Of a DNA stretch of 20,000 nt, positions 8,903 to 16,478 are shown piece after piece; position 1 is the first letter of the stretch, and the number at the start of each line of letters is the position of its first letter. Position numbers and translations under genes: made by a program. The notes below the pieces were generated by a model. That model was given only the letters and a program-made list of their open reading frames with translations. It was not told where the DNA came from and ran no database searches. Origin of the DNA: Lentisphaeria bacterium (GTDB taxonomy: Bacteria > Verrucomicrobiota > Lentisphaeria > JABSQK01 > JAWLHB01); assembly GCA_041690595.1 (NCBI GenBank), contig JAWLHB010000011.1, forward strand, positions 177,794 to 197,793, written 5' to 3'.

Positions 8903-8936
8903 TCGGCCACCGGCGGCGCCTGCCGCCGGTGGCCGA
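8903..8936. terminator. Perfect 15-bp stem-loop just after the carB stop (terminator-like or mRNA-protecting hairpin)
   Basis: TCGGCCACCGGCGGC-GCCT-GCCGCCGGTGGCCGA. No U-tract follows, so intrinsic termination is uncertain. Confidence 0.45.
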
Positions 8937-8942
8937 TGCAAG

Positions 8943-9675
8943 TGTGCCACAGCTTGTGATCATGCAGTGTCAGATGCAGCCAATGGCCACCCATGTCATG
9001 GGTGGCCGCCATAATGTGGGAGGCGTTCTCCGAACGGCGATCATGCGTACAGCCAACTCCCCGCCATCCAGATAATCCCCAAGATGCCGCTGCTCTAGCC
9101 ACTTATGTGAATGTCCCCCACCTTGCCGGGCCTGCCGAGGCTGAGGCCCATGGCAATTGCATTCACGCAGAGAGATGGCAAGATCCAAGTCGCCGTTCGG
9201 AGAACGCCTCCCACCTTGCCGGGCTCGCCAAGGCCAACCGTCTGGAAATGTGCCACAGCTTGTGATCATGCAGTGCCAGATGCAGCCAGTGGCTGACCCT
9301 ACCTGGGGAAGCCACTCATAATGTGGGAGGCGTTCTCCGAACGGCGATCATGCGCATGGCCAACTTCACTCAATCCAGCAAATCTCCCAGATATTGCTGC
9401 ACCAGCCCCCGATGATGCCGGTCCGGTCGAGGCTAAGTCTGGGGCTGCTGGCCACCCATGTCATGGGTGGTCGCCATAATGTGGGAGGTGTTCTCCGAAC
9501 GGCGATCATGCGTACAGCCACATCGGAAGAAGCCAGAAAATCTTCCCAGATATTGCTGCACCAGCCCCCTATGAGGCCGGGCCGGTCGAGGCCGAAGTCT
9601 TGGGTAATTGTGCTCACGTGGAGAGATGGCAAAGCGCAAGTCGCGGTTCGGAGAACCCCTCCCACATTGCCGGGC
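8943..9675. repeat. REP array 2 (left flank of RAYT)
   Basis: REP-B (+) at 9016, 9323 and 9481. Inverted REPs at 9189-9214 and 9640-9665. A 40-bp linker block is repeated at 8943 and 9249. Confidence 0.93.
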
Positions 9676-9846
9676 TGGGGTGCCTTCAACATTTACCGTT
9701 CCTTTTCAAGTTTCGCTTGCATGTCACCGTAGGCCAGTCATAGTGTGGGAGGTTCCTGGCCACGGCAAGGAAAGGACTTTACTGGGGCAGCCATACATGC
9801 TAAGCATAGAAAGGTTCACGGGTTGCGAAGTAGGGGAGCAATAGTT

Positions 9847-10374
9847 GTGGATAGCAGGACCAATGGTCCGCCGCACGCCGCCGATCTGCGCAAGCATCGG
9901 CGGATGATAGGGGCCGGCACATTCTTCGTCACAAAATCCTTGCAGCCCAAATGTCCGGCGCTGACGGCGGCCATGCGATCAATCATCGCGGATGCGTTGG
10001 CTTTCTACGTCTCCGATGGTCGCCTTCTCTGTCGAGCGATGGTCGTCATGCCTGATCACTGGCATGTGCTGTTTGCCCCGTTGCAGCCAGCTTCGCTTTC
10101 CTCCGTCATGACGAACCTCGATCGGTGGATCGGCAGACAGACCGGGCCTGATCTGGCGGCGGCCGGTTGTCGCTGGCAGGATGGCTTTCACGACACGCGG
10201 ATTCGGTCGTCTCGGCAGTTCAGCTATGTCGCAGCCTATATCGAACGGAATCCTGTGCAGCGTGAGTTGATTACCTCGCCAGATGCGTGGATCTGGTCGA
10301 GTGCCCATGAGACCTATGCCAGCATGGTTACCACTCCATGGCCATGGGAATTTGAGCAGGATGTGGAGAGGTAA
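9847..10374 (+). CDS. rayT: REP-associated tyrosine transposase (RAYT/TnpA-REP; HUH Y1, IS200/IS605-related)
   Basis: Motifs 'DLRKHR', 'FFVT', HUH 'VVMPDHWH', 'WQDGFHD', catalytic-Tyr 'YIERNP' and 'WIWSS'. GTG at 9847 has a GGAG RBS 8 nt upstream, giving 175 aa (the ORF-track start at 9745 lies in a decayed REP). Flanked on both sides by REP arrays; no tnpB nearby. Confidence 0.92.
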   Translation: MDSRTNGPPHAADLRKHRRMIGAGTFFVTKSLQPKCPALTAAMRSIIADALAFYVSDGRLLCRAMVVMPDHWHVLFAPLQPASLSSVMTNLDRWIGRQTGPDLAAAGCRWQDGFHDTRIRSSRQFSYVAAYIERNPVQRELITSPDAWIWSSAHETYASMVTTPWPWEFEQDVER

Positions 10375-10397
10375 TCGGCAGAAGGTTTATGGGGAGA

Positions 10398-11108
10398 GGC
10401 TAACCCCCTTGGGAGAAGCCACTCATAATGTGGGAGGCGTTCTCCGAACGGCGATGATGCGTACAGCCAACTCCACTCAATGCAGGAAATCTCACCAACC
10501 GTTGCTGTTTCATCCCCTTATGAGGCCGGGCCTGTCGAGGATAGGTCTTGGGTAATTGTGCTCACGTGGAGGGATGGCAAAGCGCAAGTCGCGGTTCGGA
10601 GAACCCCTCCCACATTGCCGGGCATGCCATGTCAGTGACGTGGGAAAATGCTGTTTCATCCCCTTGTGAGGCCGGGCCTGTCGAGGCTAGGTCTTGGGTA
10701 ATTGTGCTCACGTGGAGGGATGGCAAAGCGCAAGTCGCGGTTCGGAGAACCCCTCCCACATTGCCGGGCATGCCATGTCAGTGACGNNNNNNNNNNNNNN
10801 NNNNNNNNNNNNNNNNNNNNNNNNNNNNNNNNNNNNNNNNNNNNNNNNNNNNNNNNNNNNNNNNNNNNNNNNNNNNNNNNNNNNNNGCTAGGTCTTGGGT
10901 AATTGTGCTCACGTGGAGGGATGGCAAAGCGCAAGTCGCGGTTCGGAGAACCCCTCCCACATTGCCGGGCATGCCATGTCAGTGAGGTGGGAAAATGTTG
11001 CTGCTCCATCCCCTTGTGAGGCCGGGCCTGCCGAGGCTGAGGCCCATGGCAATCTCGTTCACGGGGGGAGATGGCACCCCCCCCCCATTGCCTCCCACAT
11101 TGCCTGGG
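10398..11108. repeat. REP array 3 (right flank of RAYT): one B/A doublet followed by 146-bp head-to-tail REP-A units
   Basis: REP-B at 10430-10455. Inverted REP-A at 10588-10613, 10734-10759 and 10935-10960. Decayed final copy at about 11071-11104. Confidence 0.93.
10787..10886. other. Assembly gap (100 N) inside the tandem repeat
   Basis: Run of exactly 100 N with the same repeat unit on both sides. Confidence 0.99.
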
Positions 11109-11270
11109 CTACTTCTTGGTCACGACCAGCCAGATGGCGTGGATCATGCCGGGGAGTCCACCCAGGAGGGTGAGGAGGATGTTGAGCCAGAAATGAAGAC
11201 CGAGGCCTACCTTCAGAAAGGCGGCGACCGGCGGCAGGAAGATGGCAAGCAGAATCAAGATAACTGTCAT
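11109..11270 (-). CDS. yqaE: YqaE/Pmp3-family small membrane proteolipid (53 aa)
   Basis: Manual translation: MTVILILLAIFLPPVAAFLKVGLGLHFWLNILLTLLGGLPGMIHAIWLVVTKK*. Carries the Pmp3 signatures LAIFLPP, NILLTLLG and PGxIHA. GAGGAG RBS upstream. Too short for the ORF track. Confidence 0.93.
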   Translation of the reverse strand: MTVILILLAIFLPPVAAFLKVGLGLHFWLNILLTLLGGLPGMIHAIWLVVTKK

Positions 11271-11420
11271 GTACTCTTCTCCTCGAGGTAGTTGAACGTT
11301 CGCACCCGATGGCGCTTAGTATAGCCGGTTTTCGGATAAAAAGCATCTGGCGGAAAATCATCGCTGGGTCAGGCCGTGCGGGAGTGTGGCAATTCTACGG
11401 GTGACGGGTACTCTATAGGG

Positions 11421-12878
11421 ATGAAGATCATGCCTACAGTGGATCGTCGCGCGAATGCCCTTGCCGTGGGGCTGGTGCTGATTGGGCTGGCGGTGCGTTT
11501 GCCGGGGTTGCTGACGGATTTCTGGCTGGATGAGATCTGGTCGTACCGGCTGATTTTCGGCGGCGGGGTGAGCGGGTGGGTGGGGCTCTTTACGGAGCTG
11601 CATCACAGCAACAATCATCACCTGGTGAGCCTCTGGATGTACCTGCTGGGGCCGGATGTGGCCTATGTCCTCTACCGGCTGCCGGCGATCCTGTGCGGTG
11701 GCGGGGCGCTCTGGATTCTCTACCTGCGCTGGCGGCGGTCGCCGGGAACGGCGCCGCTGATCACGCTGACGCTTTTCGCGCTCTGCCTGCCGTATGTCTA
11801 TTACGCGAGTGAGGCGCGGGGCTACATGCCGGCGATCTTCTGCATCCTGGGGGCCTGGGCGCTGATCGAGGAAGAGGAGCGGTGGGGCTGGAAGCGGTTT
11901 CTGCTCTACGGGGGGCTGCTGTCGGCGGGGGTGCTCTGGCACCTGACGACGATCCTGGTGGTCCCGGCCTTCACGCTCTACATCTGGGTGCGCCGGGGAG
12001 GGCTGGGCCGTCGCTGGCTGCCGGCGGGGCTCAGCGCGGTGGCCTGGCAGCTTCCGCTGATCGTGACGTATGGGTTCCTCTACCTGGTCGACCTGCGGCA
12101 TACGAGCCTTGGCACCAGTGACAGCTATCGCCAGGAGACGATGGCGTCGGAGGCCTTCATGCCGTGGCTGCTCTTCGACCGCATCCCGGTCCTGATCAAC
12201 GAGGTGCTGGGGCTGGGGTGGACGGGCTGGACGGGGCTGGGCGCGGCGGGGATCATCCTGGGGCTGCTGGCGGTGGAGATGGTGCGCTCCGTGCGCCGGG
12301 GCGAGAAAGCGCAGGCGCTCTGGATCCTGGCGCTGGTCGCGACGCCGGCGGTGCTGCTGATCGGACGCGGCGAGGTGCGGCTCTTCGCGCGCTACAACCT
12401 GGTGGTCTATGCGCTGCTGCTGATCCCGTTCGGGCGGCTGGCGGCCGCGGCGCTGGGGTCGCGGCGCCGGTGGCTGCAGTGGAGCGCGATGGCGGGGCTG
12501 GCGCTGGTCGGGGTCAACAGCGGGGTGCGGCTGGGGCTCTTCGCGCAGGCGGGCCGGGGCGGCTATGCGGCGGCCGTGGAGCGCATGGCGGCGTACTCGG
12601 ATCGCCAGCCGAACGGGAGCGCGACGGTGAATGGAGACTACGACTTCCGGCAGGAGATGATCGTCTCCTTCCATGCGGAGCGGCTGCCGGAGGATCAGCG
12701 GGTTGTCTACGTGCGGAGCGAGGAGCTGGCGACGATCGTGCCGGACTGGTTCATCGTGCGTCGGCCCCAGGCGGAGGTCTTCGGGTACGCGGGCGGGGTC
12801 TACCGGCTGGATAGCGACTATCCCGCCTACGGCTACTCGGGTGAAAGGTGGTACCTCTTTCACCGCGAGTCGCCGTAG
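11421..12878 (+). CDS. Polytopic GT-C-fold glycosyltransferase (PMT/ArnT-like, GT39/GT83-type)
   Basis: First-loop motif 'FWLDE', plus 'RLPA' and 'YYASEARGY', many TM helices and a soluble C-terminal tail. ATG at 11421 (or 11430) preferred over GTG at 11376. Confidence 0.75.
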   Translation: MKIMPTVDRRANALAVGLVLIGLAVRLPGLLTDFWLDEIWSYRLIFGGGVSGWVGLFTELHHSNNHHLVSLWMYLLGPDVAYVLYRLPAILCGGGALWILYLRWRRSPGTAPLITLTLFALCLPYVYYASEARGYMPAIFCILGAWALIEEEERWGWKRFLLYGGLLSAGVLWHLTTILVVPAFTLYIWVRRGGLGRRWLPAGLSAVAWQLPLIVTYGFLYLVDLRHTSLGTSDSYRQETMASEAFMPWLLFDRIPVLINEVLGLGWTGWTGLGAAGIILGLLAVEMVRSVRRGEKAQALWILALVATPAVLLIGRGEVRLFARYNLVVYALLLIPFGRLAAAALGSRRRWLQWSAMAGLALVGVNSGVRLGLFAQAGRGGYAAAVERMAAYSDRQPNGSATVNGDYDFRQEMIVSFHAERLPEDQRVVYVRSEELATIVPDWFIVRRPQAEVFGYAGGVYRLDSDYPAYGYSGERWYLFHRESP

Positions 12879-12890
12879 GGCGGAAAGGGC

Positions 12891-15197
12891 TCAGCCGGCC
12901 GCGGCGGCTTTGGGCTTGCCGGCGTCGACGATGCCCCGGGGCGTGAAGATGCGCGCGTCGCGCGGGGTCATGGGGCCGATGTCGAGGGGATCGGTTTCGA
13001 GCTGTCCATTTCTCCATTGCGCGCGCCAGAGGTGCATCTGCAGCCAGAGGAGGAAGACGGTGGTGGCGGCGTAGCCATGGCCGCCGAGCTTGTCGCTATG
13101 GAGGTAGCCGATGGTGGCGAAGCTGTGCATGAAGGCATCAGCATAGGCGGGATTGCCGGTGGCGATGGTGCAATGGCCGAGGATCCTGGCGAGGTGGTCG
13201 TCGTGCCACTGTGGCTGGGTGGGGAGCTGCATTCTGGTGCCGGCGCCCATGTTGATCCAGTCGTCGGCGCCGACAAAGTCGTGCTGATAGGACCATCCAT
13301 CGATGCCGTCGCGCTGCCAGCGGATCTTGAGCAGCCAGTCGCCGGTCTTGCGGATGGCCGCTTCGAGGGGGGCGTCGCCGGGGCAGAGGTCGAGGTAGTC
13401 GAGGATGGGGCTGGTGCCGAGACAGGCCATCCATGGTTTGCTGATGTAGCCGGCCCACTGGTGGATGCCGCTGCCGCCGCCCTGGTCGCCGAAGCTGCCG
13501 TTCTCGCGCTGGGTCTGGGCCTGATGCAGGCAGCCCTCCCGGGCGATGGCGCGGAAGTGTTCGTTGTTGAAATAGCGGTAGAGGAAGACGGCGCCGCGCA
13601 GGAAGCAGGCGTCGCGGCCGATGGCCAGGCGGGGCCAGGAGTTGAGATGGGTGCGCCAGGAGCGCTCGACGAGGGCCTCGGCGGCGCTCAGGAGGAAGGG
13701 ATCACCGTTTTCCAGGTAGGCCATGAGGGTGCCGAGGGGGCGGTTCATGGGGACGGAATAAAGGCTGGGGGGATAGCCGTGCATGTTCATCATCTTGGAG
13801 GCGTGGTTGAAGACCACATCCGTCTGATGATAGGCGGAACGCATGGCAGCCTGGTAGTCGACCTCGCTCTGGAGGCGGTAGGTGGTGAGGAATTGGCCGT
13901 AGGGGACATCGCCGTCCCAGCCGGGCTCGCACAGCTCGTCGAGGGGCTTGTCCGCCGAGAATGGCGCGCCGCGGGGTACGGCTCCATCTTCGAAGCCGCC
14001 GTTGACCATGGCATGGCGGGCCCAGGTGTGGAAGCGCTCGAAGACGGGGTCCCACTCGTTGCTGACGGGGAGGAAGGGCTTGGCGCAGAGTTCGGCGTTG
14101 GCGCCGTACCACCAGTAGGGGGCAAGGTAGCGGGCAATGCGCGGCGAGCGGTCGCCGAGGCTGAAGGAGAAGTGGAGCGTGCGCGACATGCCGCGGGGGA
14201 AGGCCTTCTGGGCCGCCTCGAAATGCCAGGGGGTGCCGGTGACTTCGGCCGGCATGACCCCGCCATAAAGGCATACGCCGAGGTAGGGCTGGAGGATGAG
14301 GAAGTCGCCCTGGCGGCGCAGATCTCCGGGCTCTTCGGGGGTGGCCAGCCTGGCGACGTCGGTGAGGTCGAAGCGGACATCGCCGAGGCGCAGGCGGGTG
14401 GTGGTGCCATCCCAGGCGGTGCCGACAGCGCTGCCGGTGGCTTCGTCGATGGGAGTGGGTTCGGCGCCGTTGTCGCTGACCAGCCCGATGACGGGGACGA
14501 GATCTTCGAAGCTTTTGCCTTCGTCGAAGAACATGGCGTTGACGTGGCGGGCGTAGATCTCGACGACGCCGTTGGCGTAGAGGCGGGCGTGGATGTCGCC
14601 GTTGATCCAGTTATGGTTGTGGAGGTAGGGATTGGCGTAGGTCTTGTAGCTGTTCATCTCCTCCATGGTGGGCGTTTCGACGGGGATCACGCCGGCCATG
14701 TGGACAACTTTGCAGAAGGGGCTTTCTTCTTCGACGACGAGGCGGCAGGCATGCCACCAGTTGACCTTGCCGCCGTGGCGAAGTCCCATGGCCAGCCCCA
14801 TGCTCTTGCCGCCATGGCTGAGGCGCAGATAGTGGCATTCCCAGACGTAGTACTTTTCGGGAGAGCGGTCGAAGAGGACCATCTCGGCCTCGGGTGTGGG
14901 CCCGGGGCTGGAGGTGGCGGCGGTGGCGGCGGTGTCGAGACGGAGCTGGTCGGGGGCGCCCTGAGGGGCGTCGGCGGTGATGAGGAGGCGGCGCGGAGCG
15001 GGAGCGGCTTCGCCGTGCCATTGACCGATGGGCTTGACCCAGGCGGGGGCGCCGTTCATGCCGTGGACGGTCGGCGCGGCCGGCGGCCAGGGGAGGGAGA
15101 GCTGAAGGAGGCCGGCTTCGGTGGCCGAGCCGAGGCGCTCGGGGGCGAGGGTCGTTACGAGGGGAAGAAGTTCAGCCACATCGGGTTTCTGTTGCAT
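12891..15197 (-). CDS. Hypothetical 768-aa protein, probably with an (alpha/alpha)-toroid C-terminus (YetA/PL26 exo-rhamnogalacturonan lyase-like)
   Basis: Long ORF with GC-rich third positions. 'EPGWDGDVPYGQFLTTYR...AMRSAYHQTDV', 'AYLENGDPFLL' and 'LYRYFNNEHF' are helical-toroid-type repeats. The family call is tentative. Confidence 0.6.
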   Translation of the reverse strand: MQQKPDVAELLPLVTTLAPERLGSATEAGLLQLSLPWPPAAPTVHGMNGAPAWVKPIGQWHGEAAPAPRRLLITADAPQGAPDQLRLDTAATAATSSPGPTPEAEMVLFDRSPEKYYVWECHYLRLSHGGKSMGLAMGLRHGGKVNWWHACRLVVEEESPFCKVVHMAGVIPVETPTMEEMNSYKTYANPYLHNHNWINGDIHARLYANGVVEIYARHVNAMFFDEGKSFEDLVPVIGLVSDNGAEPTPIDEATGSAVGTAWDGTTTRLRLGDVRFDLTDVARLATPEEPGDLRRQGDFLILQPYLGVCLYGGVMPAEVTGTPWHFEAAQKAFPRGMSRTLHFSFSLGDRSPRIARYLAPYWWYGANAELCAKPFLPVSNEWDPVFERFHTWARHAMVNGGFEDGAVPRGAPFSADKPLDELCEPGWDGDVPYGQFLTTYRLQSEVDYQAAMRSAYHQTDVVFNHASKMMNMHGYPPSLYSVPMNRPLGTLMAYLENGDPFLLSAAEALVERSWRTHLNSWPRLAIGRDACFLRGAVFLYRYFNNEHFRAIAREGCLHQAQTQRENGSFGDQGGGSGIHQWAGYISKPWMACLGTSPILDYLDLCPGDAPLEAAIRKTGDWLLKIRWQRDGIDGWSYQHDFVGADDWINMGAGTRMQLPTQPQWHDDHLARILGHCTIATGNPAYADAFMHSFATIGYLHSDKLGGHGYAATTVFLLWLQMHLWRAQWRNGQLETDPLDIGPMTPRDARIFTPRGIVDAGKPKAAAAG

Positions 15198-15239
15198 GGG
15201 GTGCTCCGCATGAAGATGATGAAACGCGCGGGAAGATAT

Positions 15240-16364
15240 TCAGGGCTGTGACGACAGGCTGTCGATCATGGCCCTGATGCTTGCTGCCGAATAGATGCCG
15301 CTGAGGCGGCGGGTGAGCCGCCCCTGCTCGTCAATGATCACCGTAACCGGTGTATCGCTGATACGATAAGCCAGGATTCCCTCAATGTCAGCTGACATTT
15401 CAGGAAAGCTCCAGTTAATCTTCGCGGGAACCGGGGGGAGGGAGCTGACGCCATCGACCATGGAGTCGGCCTCGTGGCCGGCATAGATGGCGGGTACGGT
15501 ATCCACATTCATGGCGATGAGGTGGACGTCCGTTCTGTCGAGAAGAGCGGCGCGGGCCTCGATGAGCTGCTGGTGAGACCAGATCTCCTTTTCTCCCCAG
15601 AAGACGAGGACCAGGGGTTTGCCCCGGTAGTCGCGCAGGGCATGGCGCCGGCCATCGGCATCCATGAAGGTGGCGGCGGGGGCCGGCGAGGGATGCCGCG
15701 GCAGGAGAGGGGGCAGGGGCAGGAAGTCGGCGTGGTGCTGTTGGGACCACCAGTGGAGCCACTCGCGGCCCGCTATCTCGGTCTCGGCGGCCAGGCTCTG
15801 GGAGATGACGCCATCGTCGATGCCGGACCAGCGCTGGAGGGTACCCATGGCGGCCATGCGGACCTGCTGGCTGGGGTCGTCGAGCAGGGGGATGAGCCAG
15901 CCGGCGAAGCGGAGGTCGGCGCGAGTGGCGAGACCGAGGCAGGCGCGCCAGCGGAGCTGCGGATCGGGATCCCGAAGGAGGGTGGCGAGGACGGGCAGGT
16001 TGTCGGTAGTGTTGACGCGGCAGAGCATGTGCAGCGCGTGCATGGCGAGGTCGCTATCGGCATCGAGAACGGCTTCGAGGAGATAGGGGCGGAGAACCTC
16101 GTCGCTCAGGCTGCCCGCGACATGTTCGAGGGCAAAGAGCCGGTGCGACATGAAGGAACTGCGCCAGAAGGCGGCGAGCATCTGCTCGTCGTCGTCGAAG
16201 CTCATGGCGAGGCTTCGCATGGCGGCGGGCGTAGCCCCGGGACGGGAGAGGACATAGACGCGCAGCGTCTCGCGCCGCAGGGGACCCGCCGCGAGGAGGA
16301 GGAGCATGCAAACGGTCACCCCGACGACGAGGACAAAGCGGCGTATGCGCGTCTTTGGAAGCAT
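15240..16364 (-). CDS. Membrane-anchored HEAT-repeat protein with a C-terminal TlpA/redoxin-like domain
   Basis: N-terminal hydrophobic segment. HEAT repeats (LLRDPDPQLRWRAC; LLDDPSQQVRMAA). C-terminal 'DADGRRHALRDYRGKPLVLVFW...YRISDTPVTVIIDEQGRL'. Confidence 0.75.
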   Translation of the reverse strand: MLPKTRIRRFVLVVGVTVCMLLLLAAGPLRRETLRVYVLSRPGATPAAMRSLAMSFDDDEQMLAAFWRSSFMSHRLFALEHVAGSLSDEVLRPYLLEAVLDADSDLAMHALHMLCRVNTTDNLPVLATLLRDPDPQLRWRACLGLATRADLRFAGWLIPLLDDPSQQVRMAAMGTLQRWSGIDDGVISQSLAAETEIAGREWLHWWSQQHHADFLPLPPLLPRHPSPAPAATFMDADGRRHALRDYRGKPLVLVFWGEKEIWSHQQLIEARAALLDRTDVHLIAMNVDTVPAIYAGHEADSMVDGVSSLPPVPAKINWSFPEMSADIEGILAYRISDTPVTVIIDEQGRLTRRLSGIYSAASIRAMIDSLSSQP

Positions 16365-16478
16365 GATGAAATTCAGTAAAAGGTGAAGGCAAGGGAGAGG
16401 ACGGGTAACGCTTCTACGTTGGCGGCAGTGCGGCGCGGAGTCAAGTCGTTGTCGTGAAGATGGCCTGGGTGATGAGGC

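Noticed and set aside
9745..9846. N-terminal extension of RAYT given by the ORF track
   Set aside because: That GTG is part of a decayed REP. The GTG at 9847 has an RBS and gives a typical RAYT length.
9847..10374. Autonomous IS200/IS605 element
   Set aside because: There is no tnpB and no unique left/right-end hairpins. The motifs (WQxGFHD, YIxxNP, WxWSS) and flanking multicopy REPs fit a RAYT.
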